Shown: positions 52,001 to 64,000 of the stretch, piece after piece
Layout of the letters: each line of letters begins with the position of its first letter
How positions within the stretch are numbered: the first letter of the stretch is position 1
Source: Amphiscolops sp. MND2022
Lineage: Eukaryota
Length of the DNA stretch: 64,000 nt
Direction of reading: 5' to 3'
NCBI GenBank assembly: GCA_964187785.1
Contig: OZ076409.1
Coordinates: 53,136,001 to 53,200,000 of the forward strand
Program-made: the position numbers and the translations under genes
Notes under the pieces: generated by a model
The model's input: only the letters and a program-made list of their open reading frames with translations
Told to the model about the DNA's origin: nothing
Databases searched by the model: none

Positions 52001-53527
52001 TGAGACGATCAGCGTCGTTGGATGCGATGCCGATATCGTCCACAAACTGGGCACACTGATCTGCTTTAATTACTTTATCAAGGTATTCTCGCAGAAAGCT
52101 CGAGAATGCGGATAGCGCCCGGCTAAGGCTTTGTACCAATCGTCTGTAGGCAAATGTGCGGCTCCCAAAATTGAAGGCTAACATTTCACTTGATCGCTGG
52201 TCCGCCATCTGGAGGCAATGGTACGACTGTGAACAGTGTAATTTGCAAAAGAGTTTTTGCCCACCATGTATTGGGCGGCATCAACTAGGGTACTGACGGG
52301 GTGATTATTGTTTATACGATCGTCCGAAATTAGATTGTTGATTTTTCTCAAGTCAACCAGGAGTCGCAGTTTCCCATTTGGCTTGTTTTGCGCAAATATC
52401 GGGCTGGCGTTTTTGGAAAAAGGCAATGATTATTTCATATTTATGTAGCATTGCTAGTTCAACTAGGATGTCTTCCTTTAAGTTTATTGGCGCTGGGAGG
52501 CTCTGGCTATAGGCTGGGGAATCGTCCTTGGGCGTCAGTTTTACCTTAATTTCCTCGTTCATGTCTACGTCAAATCGGTGTCTCGCAAAAATGTCGTGAA
52601 ATTCCACTAGTAATTCTTCGATTTTCTGTTTTTCATCAAGAGTAAGGGTGGAATCCTTCCAATTGAAGTTTTCTACGAATTTTGTTCTGGATTCCTCATC
52701 TTTTGTAGGATCAAGGGTCTCCAGGTCCTGTAAGGCCTGCAATTCTCGTATGATTCTTTTTTGTATCGGCGTATGTTCGTCTGGGTTTCCTGGGTTTTCC
52801 GGGGATGGAAACCAATAATTTTCCGAGTTTTGGGGCTTTTGTTGGTCTTGATGAGGCTACTGAGATAATGGGCTGCCTGCACTTGGTCGTTTTGTAAGAG
52901 GTGCCAGGTCGATACCGGATCAACCGGTTTGACGTATTTCATTTGTTCTGGCGTCATAACAGTGAAGCTAGCAATATGGAGTCCTTTTTTGAGTTTATAG
53001 GGATGATCCGTGAACTTATTCACAGGTATCGATATATTGCCATCGTTCAGAGTGACCAAGGCTGGGCAAAAGGTAATGTCACCTTCTTCGTGTAGAAGGT
53101 CAGTTGGTTGAAGTATGCCAGTGACCGCATTTTTGAGATAAAGTAGGGAGCTTGTCCTAATTAGGACTCTGTCGTTCGGTGGAATGGTTATTTCAGTAGG
53201 ATTGAGTATTGGCTTCAAGACATTGGAGTATTGGTGATCAGCTCTTTTGAGCAGCGTTGAAAAGAACGGATAGTTCAAGATCCCCCTGTTTCATGTCCAG
53301 AACTGTATGGTTTTCCTGAAGGAATATTAACCCTATGATTGGTCCCGTCAAATGCTCCATTACTATGAATATTTCGTGAAACTCGATGTCACCAACCGCA
53401 AATTTAAGCTCGATTGTACTTTTAGGAGTCTCTAATTGTCCATTTGCAAAAATGATTTGAAAATTCGGAGGCGGACCTTCCCGGGTAACATATTGTGGAG
53501 AAAGAATTCGAATTTTCTGGAGGTCGA
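49075..53527 (-). pseudogene. pol: Element B pol (heavily disrupted)
   Basis: LRLLVDLRKIN, RRLVQSL, QFVDDIGIA (RT); TDASF (RNase H); HG..KHPG..CEQC (IN zinc domain); WVGPF; C-terminal NLRPNPTPNYSEDFRY. Confidence 0.92.
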
Positions 53528-55865
53528 TGTCACGACCCGCTCCCGGTCGTAATTTTACTTGCTGCTTTGGAATACCGGGATTCGGCAGAGGACATGGACA
53601 AGGACAGAGTAAATATTGTTAAACTAATCAAATCAAAATTCTACTTACAGTACAGTTAAATAAACGCGAATAATTTTCCAAATACGGAATTCGACGTAAA
53701 TGATACGGAAGATTTTCAGAAATGAATTTAAACTAGCTAAAATTGCCGGTCTAATGTTTTCACACGCAACACCGTTTTATTTCCGGTTTTATCTTCTGAG
53801 TTTTCCATTCCAATCTAAACACTAAATAATTTTGCAAACGGGATCATTTTGGCGTTCCACACTAAAATGAAAACATAGAAACGACATTTAACTCCGAGAT
53901 CCCAACGGAGTCCATAAAATCTAAAATGTCATAACATACAAAATAGAGTGGAAATGTATTCCAATATTAAAGTAGTTGTTAAATATCCACTTAAAACCGC
54001 AGTCAAGCGATTTTAAGTAAATGTATACAATGTTATGACAGCGTCACTCAACTAGGCTAGTGACGGGCGTTTCTATTTTTACGGACCATTAGCGTCGCTT
54101 GCTGGCAGAATTATCCGAGCCGGTACCAGTAGAATTAAGCTTGGTTGCCCCTAGCAACGCTTACTAGCTAAGAAAGAGAATGAAATCGCGTACGCTCTCC
54201 GTTTTCACTCCGCTTGCTACTGCTGCTAAGCTATAAGCAACCTTAATACGTACGGAGCACTTACGGAGCGGATTGTAAAATTGTAGTCCGCTGTCCAGCT
54301 ATAGATAATCTTAATACGTAGCGTCTACGGAGCGAATTGTAAAACCGCAAATGAGAAATACTGCTCCATACGAAATCCGAACCAAGCCTTTTAAATTAAT
54401 GCATTTGGAAGATCTAAGAGTTATGATTCTTATATAAGGGAAACTGTACTGCAAGGAAGGATGATAAGAATTGTAATGGTATTTCTGTGTTCTGAGTTTG
54501 TATCATCATGATAAGTCACTAAATCGCGTTGACACTATGCTTTGCTTAGTGCTTCCTTAATGGAACAAATCTACTTGATTTACTATGGCACTTAAAATAT
54601 CTTAATATTAATCCTAATGTAAAACGTAAGGTCAACGCGAATTCCTTGTTTTCAAGTCAGTAATAACAGTTGTATTTTATGATTACAACAATCAGGCTAA
54701 TGACCGAACTTTGATTATGTTTTGATGAATTTCATGGTGATTGTGTGAAATGTTGAAGTTGCTTTACAATTATTATTATTACGAATATGTTGCGCTCATC
54801 TTTGTTGTATTCCGTTAAAGTCCCGTTTGGACTTAATTTGTGTTCAGTATAAATAATGTAGTATGCCATTAGCAGGTAATTCATGTGTTTGAATTTGGGA
54901 TTATCGTTTCAGCATCGTTTGTTCCTTTATACCAAATTTCCATATTTTCCTTCAGCTTCTAAGTTGACTCATTCCGTCTCGATTTCGTCGCCATTTTTGA
55001 GCGTCATTCTTTTGCTTCGAACTTCAATCTTCCCAACTTGATTGCTGACTAATTGATCACGCCGGCGTGCCTACGCTAATGAAAATGTCAGCTAGACTTC
55101 TATTTTGCCGCAATTTGAAGCACAAACACGAAATGAACCGCCTGAACAAAAATGACTTGAACAAAATTTTACGGAACGCTGACGCAACTAGGAATTTTGA
55201 TGCCTGATTTTGTGACGCGGGACTGAAATAATATGAATCATTAGCGCTTTTTGTTGAACAAACTCGATTTTTGTGATACCTAGGAATTTTTAGGTGAGGA
55301 ACAAATGATGCTGGGAAGGTATAAATATGTAATACATACATGTAAATCAGTTAGTTTTAACCTGCTATGTAACAATCAGTTCTGTTCCGTCATCATAACG
55401 TTTTCAAAAGAAAACCTGAATCTTTGAGGAATTCAACTTTTCCAAAGATATTCTCTATCTCTCTTTCTCTCTATCAAAATGACAGCTAGAAGCCAGAACA
55501 GGAAAGCTGTAGCAGAATTGGTCTCTGGTGATTTCGAAACCTCTGTAACCGAAAACTTACCGCCTGAAACCCTTGTAGCTAGTTCTAGTAAGATTCCTAG
55601 GATAGAACCAGAAAGTTTGACTGAAATAAAAACGTCATTAAGAAAGGAGATTATGTCTGACTTGACCAAAATACTCGCGGAAAATCAAAAGGAAATGCTT
55701 AAACTGATAGCGCCCTGAAACAAAAAACAAAAAACAAACATGTCCTCATCAATGCTCAAGACTCTGACTCTGAAACAGAGAACGTTTCCGTAGCAAGGAC
55801 GTCCACCCCAGTTAAAACACAAACTGCGACTAGTTCTAAAACAACTCCGGTAAATAGTCGTAACA
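53528..55865 (+). repeat. Element C 5' LTR (~2.34 kb)
   Basis: Inverted termini TGTCACGAC ... GTCGTAACA, followed directly by TGG; TATA-like boxes at ~54431, ~54849 and ~55320. Confidence 0.8.
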
Positions 55866-56896
55866 TGGTGACAGGAGTCCTCAATGACTCTACCAACCAA
55901 CCCACGAAAAGATTGAAACAACAACGCGCATCCAACGAACAAACAAAAGACCGTCCTTCCACATCTAAAATACTGTTCGCGCCACCACCGCAAACATTTC
56001 CAGCTACCAATCTACTTCCGATGCCGAAAGCACTCACTGCCTCGCTTCCAGTCTTTGATGGTAAGTCCGAAAAGTTTGAACTTTTTGAGGACCTATTCCG
56101 GAATAATATCAAAATGTACCCTCACCTAACCGAGATACAAAAGATCAACTACTTCCATTCACTCCTACGAGGAAACGCGCTACAAGCGTATTGTAATCTA
56201 GACGACACTAAAAAAGACAACCTAGAAGAAGTCATAACGGCATTCAAACGCCGCTTTGGCGATTTCCAATCATCTGCTAAGGCGAGATGCGAATGGGATG
56301 CGCTGCATTTTGACCCCACTAAACAGAAACTCCATGAGTTCCTTGACGCCCTACAAAAAACTGCAAAAGAAGCATTCGGCTCAGAAGCACAAAGATTCAT
56401 CGACAAAGCAATCTACGCCAAAATGCCGGATCACGTCAAGAAGATCCTCAATAGAGCGTATTTAGAAGATAAGCCCTACAATGACATAGTTTTGCATCTT
56501 GAGAGGGAAATGAGATTAAACTGACTCGGTGCGCCCGACGAAACAACCCTAGTACCACTTAACACAGTGGACGCCGTAGCAACGGACGATAAAAAAGACC
56601 AACAACAACGAGGTCATTGCTTTCACTGTGGCAAATATGGCCACTATAAAGCACAGTGTCGCAGACTCCAACGAGAACGTTACAATGTCGCCAAAACAAC
56701 CACAAAAGACCCAGCTCAAAACGAAGCCCCCAAGCCCAAGTGTGATACATGTGGTAAGATGCACAAAACTGAAAACTGTTGGAACGGAGCCAATGCGGCA
56801 AATGACCCCAGAAGGAAGAAGCGGGAATTCACCATTCCAACCAACAAAATCAGCGAACAACCTGTGCCCACACTGTCCTCCCAGCCAAAAAACTGA
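55479..56896 (+). pseudogene. gag: Element C gag (starts inside the LTR; disrupted)
   Basis: LPVFDGKSEKFELFE capsid motif; knuckles CFHCGKYGHYKAQC and CDTCGKMHKTENC; lesion at ~55716 and stop at 56522. Confidence 0.88.
55866..55878 (+). promoter_or_regulatory. Element C primer-binding site, probably tRNA-Leu
   Basis: TGGTGACAGGAGT is complementary to ACUCCUGUCACCA, which resembles eukaryotic tRNA-Leu 3' ends. Confidence 0.7.
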
Positions 56897-56963
56897 AATC
56901 GCCGCGCCTACGATTTGGGGAAAAAGTAGACGCGAGGGCGCACACGATAGAGGACCCCCCAAA
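56887..56963 (+). promoter_or_regulatory. -1 ribosomal frameshift signal with H-type pseudoknot
   Basis: A AAA AAC at 56887-56893 directly before the gag TGA; pol is open in the -1 frame; stem CGCG.CTAC/GTAG.CGCG; loop TTTGGGG complementary to CCCCAAA (56957-56963). Confidence 0.8.
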
Positions 56964-59900
56964 CAGGTATGAAGAAGATTTTTTAACCGAATGTAATGAG
57001 GAACCAACTCAAGACTGGCAACGCCGTTGGAACGTAGGCATGATTCTCAGACATAACGCCAGACACCCAGACGGTCCAACACCACTACCCCAGTGGATAA
57101 CGGAGTCACCCGATAACTATGCGACACTCAAAAGACCGTTGCCGGAATCAAAAACAGACAGAATTTATATATACGACAGAGACTACAGATGTGACCCTTG
57201 GGATGAACCAACCATCTACGATACAAATAAACTATCCTTCAAAATCCAAGTATCCAACCCTCAAGCCCAATCCACGGGGATCACAAACCTACCATCACCG
57301 CCGTCACCGATCTTGAAAAGCACAACACCATCCCCAACAGTACCCGTCACCATCACGTCCACACCAATAGACGCAGAAAACATAATCTGCATTGAAGATA
57401 AAACAATATGGGCACATCAAGAAAGACGAAAACGAGAAAACGTTGATCCTCCAGTAACCCCTCCAAAAACTGCGCCAGTCACAGCACTGATGGACGACGA
57501 CGTAGAAATCTCGGAATGTCCCTCAAAACTGCCTGAAGACCTAGATGCCATCAAAGAATTCATCCAACACGACAAAGATGACGACTACATTCCGTTAATG
57601 TCCTCCATCGCCCTCAAGAAGAAAAAACGAATGCTTTTTCTACCAGTCGAATTCAACACAATCAAAATTGAGGCGCTAGTCGACTCAGGTGCGTACATTA
57701 ACGCTATTAGTGAAAGGGACGCTGAAAAACTCCGACAGCACGCTAGTCAGTGCATTGTCAATAAGGCACCCCCACCCCCTTTCAAAGTGCAGTATGCCAA
57801 TGCTGAAATAGAACAACCACTTGCCACGTACACCCTACGTTTCAAAATAGGGGATTACACCTTTGAAGAAACATTCATCATCATGAATCAAACGTCATTC
57901 CGCATAATTGGATTAGCGTTCCTACGTAAACACGCCGCAATTCTTGACACGGCACAAGGAACCATCGACTTCCCTAAAATACAAATCACGATGGCGCTCA
58001 CAGATGAAAGACAAAAGTGCAATCCCAAACCCATCACGATGAAGACCGAAGCCAAGTATACAATTCCAGCGCACTCTACCCGAATAATCTATGCAACAAT
58101 CCCTGCGAGTATCGAACACTCAATAACGGGCACTATACAACCCCTACCACAATTCGATGAATGCGCGAAGGTAATAGTAGCCCCAGCTATTACAACAGCC
58201 AGAGACAAAAAATACCAATTAAAATTGCCAACACCACGGATTTCCCATACACAATAGCCACCAACACCAAAATGGCCGAACTGCAAATCCTGAAACCCGA
58301 AGAAACGAAGATGATCCGCCCAGTTGACATAGCCGCCCTGAATCTCCTAACTGACCATGATGACGTGGTCACGTACATCAATGCACTGATGCAAGTAGAG
58401 CGGCCCGACGATAATGAAAAGAAATTCTGGTTCCGACCCCAGAACACCCAGGCAACGAACAGGAACATTCGCCCATACAAAAGCGAATCTTGAAAGAACT
58501 GCGAGACCTCGCCGAGTTAGAAAAACTTGACCCAACCGAGAACGAAGTGTCTCGAAAACAAATTTCTATCCATGTTCAAATGGACAGATTCACTGATTGC
58601 GAACAAAGACCGTGAAAACCTCGAGAACACCATTGTCGAATTCAACGACATCTTCGCTCGACACCGGCTAGACATCGGGATGAACACACAATTCAAAGTC
58701 AGCCTAACACCACAAGACGACAAACCAGTCTACACACAAAGCCTACCAGTCCCCATCAACCTCAAAGAAGATCTAACTGTGGAACTGGCTCTCATGCACC
58801 GATACGGTATCATTACGACACTCCCCTTCTCCAAGTACGCCAGCCCTATTTTTGCACAACGGAAACCCAACAGCAAGCTGAGACTGCTGGTGGATCTGCG
58901 CAAAAACAACGCACTCATAGCAGATGACTACATCAACAACAACCACCCTGTCAGCACCCTCTCAGATGCGGCACAACACCTAGCAGGGAAAAAACTGTTC
59001 TGCAAGCTTGAATGCTCCCAGGCGTACCACTGCCTTCAAATGGCAGATCAAAGGTCAGTAGAGTTACTTGCTTTTAATTTTGCTAGTAGGACGTTCGCCT
59101 ATCGTCGCCTGGCACAAGGACTAAGCAGAGCTCTATCAGCTTTTTCGAGCTTTATGCGTGAGTATCTGGACTCAGTCATCAAAGCAGACCAATGTGCATA
59201 ATATGTAGATGACATCGGCATTGCCGCAAACACAACGGAACAACTCATAAAGAACATCAGAGCAGTCTTCAAATGCATTAGAAAAGCAGGACTAAAACTA
59301 ACCATCGAAAAATGTCATTTTGGAGTAACCCAAATCGAATTCCTTGGCCGAACCATCACCGCAGACGGAGTGGCCCCGCAAGATCAAAAAGTCAAAAATT
59401 TCCTCTCCAAAGTCCGCTTCCCCAAATCCAAAAAACAAGTTCAAAAAAACATTGGCTTTGTTAACTACTACCGCAACTACATACCGCGCTTGTCAGAAAA
59501 ACTCATCGGCATGTACGAACTTCTCAAAGCAGACTCCAAGATCAGAATTTCAGAAGAACTTGTCGATAACTTTAAGGAAATTAACGCCAGTTTAGCGGAA
59601 GCTTGTGGACTTGCACTCCGACAGCCCATAGCAGGAAAACAGTACGTTTTAATGACGGATGCAAGCTTTCGTGCATCAGGCTACGCCCTCATGATTGAGG
59701 AGAACGACGAACGCAAAATACTCTCCAAACGGAAAAATTGCGCACCAGTAGCGTTCGGATCACGAGTTTTTTCACCTGCGCAACTGAAAATGTCCATCTA
59801 CTGCAAGGAATTCTTAGCAATCTACCATGCCTTCCTCGAATACAGCCACATACTATGGGAAACAACAATTCCAATACTGGTCTTAACGGACAACCGCTCA

Positions 59901-62900
59901 GTAACTAGATTCTTCCAGACGAAAACAACACCCCCTGCACTCTGGAACGCCTGTGACTATGTATTACAATTCAAGTTCCGAATTATGCACGTAGCAGGCT
60001 CCCAAAACACGGCAGCAGATTTTCTCTCAAGACTTGAACTTACACCGAAGGAAAAGGTCCAACTTAAACTACGAGATGACATCCTAACGTCCCCAATTGA
60101 GGTTAATCTACAATCATCAGATGTAGCCGACGATCCAACACCACTACCCCAGTGGATAACGGAGTCACCCGATAACTATGCGACACTCAAAAGACCGTTG
60201 CCGGAATCAAAAACAGACAGAATTTATATATACGACAGAGACTACAGATGTGACCCTTGGGATGAACCAACCATCTACGATACAAATAAACTATCCTTCA
60301 AAATCCAAGTATCCAACCCTCAAGCCCAATCCACGGGGATCACAAACCTACCATCACCGCCGTCACCGATCTTGAAAAGCACAACACCATCCCCAACAGT
60401 ACCCGTCACCATCACGTCCACACCAATAGACGCAGAAAACATAATCTGCATTGAAGATAAAACAATATGGGCACATCAAGAAAGACGAAAACGAGAAAAC
60501 GTTGATCCTCCAGTAACCCCTCCAAAAACTGCGCCAGTCACAGCACTGATGGACGACGACGTAGAAATCTCGGAATGTCCCTCAAAACTGCCTGAAGACC
60601 TAGATGCCATCAAAGAATTCATCCAACACGACAAAGATGACGACTACATTCCGTTAATGTCCTCCATCGCCCTCAAGAAGAAAAAACGAATGCTTTTTCT
60701 ACCAGTCGAATTCAACACAATCAAAATTGAGGCCCATAGCAGGAAAACAGTACGTTTTAATGACGGATGCAAGCTTTCGTGCATCAGGCTACGCCCTCAT
60801 GATTGAGGAGAACGACGAACGCAAAATACTCTCCAAACGGAAAAATTGCGCACAAGTAGCGTTCGGATCACGAGTTTTTTCACCTGCGCAACTGAAAATG
60901 TCCATCTACTGCAAGGAATTCTTAGCAATCTACCATGCCTTCCTCGAATACAGCCACATACTATGGGAAACAACAATTCCAATACTGGTCTTAACGGACA
61001 ACCGCTCAGTAACTAGATTCTTCCAGACGAAAACAACACCCCCTGCACTCTGGAACGCCTGTGACTATGTATTACAATTCAAGTTCCGAATTATGCACGT
61101 AGCAGGCTCCCAAAACACGGCAGCAGATTTTCTCTCAAGACTTGAACTTACACCGAAGGAAAAGGTCCAACTTAAACTACGAGATGACATCCTAACGTCC
61201 CCAATTGAGGTTAATCTACAATCATCAGATGTAGCCGACGAAGAACAACTTTTCTTCCTACCAGACGAAGAAGATGAATCTGATCAAGAAATTTTTGCCC
61301 GAAAAGCACTCAGCAAGCGACGTGCCCTAGACGAACATGAAAGAGAACTATCAACAAAAGTAACCGAAGTCATCAAGATACCACTCAACTCCGCAGTCTA
61401 CTCTTTCGGTGCAATTAAGGAAAATGCACGGATCAGAAACGAACAAGATGCAGATCCCCTCCTCAAAGCACTGAAACAACGGATCTCACACGAAGAATAT
61501 GACAAGCACCTTCTCAAAATTGAACCGCGAGGACGAAACCTATTACGCCACGAAGAAAGAATCATAATAATAAGATGGAGTTCTGATGCGAAACTACTAC
61601 GGAGAAGACGGATCAGTTACCCACAACCAAATTATAATTCCAAAACACTTAGTTCCAGAACTCTTGTCCACTCTGCATGGCAAAACAAATAAACACCCAG
61701 GAATCACCAAAATGATACAAGAATGCAGAGCGAAATACTACTTCCCGGGTCTCGCACGCAAAATCAGAGCTTGGGTAACCAGTTGTCAGGATTGCATTAC
61801 CAATGAAAGAATCGACACGAAAAAAATACGTCCCAAAATGCTAAGCAACACTGAATTCACAATGGGACCAGAAGACTGTCTAGAAGTAGACATCCTACCA
61901 AATCTACCTTCCTCAAATGGATACTAACACATCATAACAATGATGGATGTTTTTTCACGTTACCTTTTCGCTTACCCGACTCAGGATATGACAGCAAAAA
62001 CAGTCGCACGATGCATAATAGGTGTCATGACACGACACTGCTACCTACCGACCGTCATTCTAACGGATAAAGGATCACAATTCAGGTCAGAAGTAGTCAA
62101 CCAAATAGCACAAACACTGGATATACGGATAAGCCACGCATCGACGAAACACGCTCAAACGATTGGCATCCTAGAAAGGACGCATGCCTCTTTGAAGACC
62201 TCCCTAAAGATATCAACGGGAGAACGACGCTCTATGTGGCACAAATACGTCCAGATTGCAGTCATGAATTACAATACAAACTACCATGAAAGCCAAGGTT
62301 GTGAACCTACAACAGTGTTTCACGGACGCATCCCGTACAACATTTTGGACATCAAACTTGCATTGAAACCTAATTGGGAAAAAGATAGCAACGAAGAACT
62401 AACGGACCAACTACAGAAACAAATAGCCAAAATACACCAAGCTGCCAAAGAGAACCTAACGCAGTCTTACCTCAAATACAAACAGTACTATGACAAGAAA
62501 GCAACGGCTACACCGCTCAAAGTCAACGACTACCGCTACGTTCTTAATCCGAAGGCAGATAATCAGTCAATGAAATTCGCCTTTAAAGATTGCATTTGGA
62601 CAGGACCCTACATAGTAGTCAAAGTACTCTCGAACAACAACTACGTCGTACGTCGCACGGGAACTAGGTATACTCAAACCCTCCATAGAATTCGCCTAAG
62701 GCTATATGCGCCCAATCAGCGAGTACCTGACGTAACAGTCAGAAGGGAAGATTACCTTCAAGACTCAGAGGTTAAAACAACCCACAATGATTGGTACGCG
62801 CAAGCTTGGGAAACCGAATTCGGAGAAGTTCTGTTCGGAAATACCACAAAAAGAAGCACGAAGAAGCTACAGTTACAGAAATCACAGACACAAAAGGAAA

Positions 62901-63291
62901 CGCCGATAGCACAACGGAAAATGAAGTGGTTAAAACAACCACAAGCGAAGTCACAATGGAAAATGAGGTGGTTAAAACAACCACAGGCGAAACTACAATG
63001 GACAATGAAGTGGCTCAAACAACCACAAATGAAAACACTGAAGGAGATAGAACACCCTCCGACAATGTTACATCATTTGACCTAGATGTCAGCGATAACC
63101 CATATATTTTGACCCCACCACCGATACAAAGCCCTCCCAAAACACCCGAATTGCCGCCTATCGTCGTTGGATATAATCCTAGAAAAGTGGGAAGATACAA
63201 TTTGAGACCTAATCCGAGACCCAACGTGAATCCTGACTTCAGAATGCTAGACTCAGCTACTACGGAAAATCTGAGTCAAACTCAGAACTAA
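56893..63291 (+). pseudogene. pol: Element C pol (disrupted, with a 1108-bp internal duplication)
   Basis: ALVDSGA (PR); RRLAQGL, YVDD (RT); TDASF, ADFLSR (RH); HG..HPG..CQDC, DVFSR, TDKGSQF, GILE (IN); WTGPY; RYNLRPNPRPN. Confidence 0.95.
60134..61241 (+). repeat. Compound duplication: copy of 57075-57674 followed by a copy of 59624-60133
   Basis: 60134-60733 repeats 57075-57674; 60732-61241 repeats 59624-60133 with at least one substitution (APV vs AQV). Confidence 0.92.
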
Positions 63292-63437
63292 ATGAAAACG
63301 GTCAACAGCTAAACCGAACCGGAGTAGCTACGTAAAATTATCATCTAAACTAAAAGGAACATCAACAAAGCCAAAATTATAGTTCCTTCAGAATTATCAA
63401 AACATAACAAAAGTCTACAAAACTGTCACAACACAAG

Positions 63438-64000
63438 TTACTTGATATGATGATATACGAGAGGATCAGTATCTTTCTTCGACTTCTTCTTCGGAGTCGT
63501 CTTACTGCCACCAGCTTGAACATTAGATTTTTTCGTTTTCCCGACTTGCTTCACATCAGTGCTCTTTCCACCAACTTTACTTCCACCACTTTTCCCTTTT
63601 CCACTAGTAGAACTGGAACTACTCTGCACAACGGAACTGCTACGAGACCCCTGCTCTGCACGAGACAAACGATTGACCCGATTACACTCAGTATAATGCT
63701 CATCACTGGACTGCCGTCGCTTTGCCAAAAATTCCTTATACAGCTCGCAAAAAGCTGCAATAAATGAGTCCACGCCAGAATCACACAGATCTTTCCACAC
63801 ATAAAAATCAGAGCCAATATAGAAGAGCCCAGCATCGGAAACAGCATATCGAATTAAGCCCATCGTCGATTCAGTAAACAATGACTGCGGAGAATAACCG
63901 TCACTCAAAACATAGGATTGGACAACCCTACAGCACAAAAGCACACTCCCTTCAGCCTGCTTACAGCCAGCCAGATCAAGAGTAAATGGAGGACTAACAC
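63438..64000 (-). CDS. C-terminal part of an antisense ORF in element C (begins beyond the window)
   Basis: At least 168 open codons converging on the pol stop; VQSYVLS..FYVWKDL..S/K-rich tail; positional and weak sequence equivalent of 48409-48786. Confidence 0.6.
   Translation of the reverse strand, partial: VSPPFTLDLAGCKQAEGSVLLCCRVVQSYVLSDGYSPQSLFTESTMGLIRYAVSDAGLFYIGSDFYVWKDLCDSGVDSFIAAFCELYKEFLAKRRQSSDEHYTECNRVNRLSRAEQGSRSSSVVQSSSSSTSGKGKSGGSKVGGKSTDVKQVGKTKKSNVQAGGSKTTPKKKSKKDTDPLVYHHIK

Larger units (their letters stand above)
41606..53527 (-). mobile_element. Element B: 3' part of a Ty3/Gypsy element, interrupted in the protease by element C
   Basis: Minus-strand PR(part)-RT-RH-IN fragments 53527 to ~49075, then an antisense gene, a PPT-like tract and an LTR-like region ending TGCGACA at 41606. 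Assigning 41606-44237 to this element is inferred. Confidence 0.75.
53528..64000 (+). mobile_element. Element C: Ty3/Gypsy element nested in element B; runs off the window
   Basis: LTR, PBS, gag, -1 frameshift site, pol and antisense ORF. Element B's protease frame (DLQKIRILSPQYVTREGPPPNFQI) begins abruptly at 53527. Confidence 0.92.

Noticed and set aside
59370..60806. 478-aa RNase H fusion as a novel domain architecture
   Set aside because: It is the by-product of the internal duplication, not a separate gene.

Overview
AT-rich, repeat-dense eukaryotic DNA (probably an invertebrate animal; this is inferred from the element types and cannot be confirmed here). The first ~20 kb hold a three-member family of short alpha-helical genes of unknown function (3675-4142 -, 6776-7337 - frameshifted, 17208-17879 +), each with an AG splice acceptor exactly 6 nt before its ATG. 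They are interspersed with Helentron-type HINEs, MITE-like elements and a LINE 3' fragment. From ~20.4 kb to the end the window is LTR retroelements. Element A (22819-41320, +) is a complete 18.5-kb Ty3/Gypsy provirus with an ATAT TSD, a single gag-pol frame, a chuvirus/gB-like class III env, three further decayed accessory ORFs and a covarying hairpin array in its leader. Element B (~41606-53527, -) is a Gypsy element with an antisense BED-finger/hAT-derived gene and an intact 262-aa SIM-containing ORF. Element C (53528 to beyond the window end, +) is a relative of B inserted into B's protease. It has a 2.3-kb LTR in which gag begins, a -1 frameshift pseudoknot, a double template-switch duplication in pol and an antisense ORF at the position matching B's. 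All gag/pol/env frames carry stops or frameshifts. Family assignments come from motif recognition only; no database search was run.
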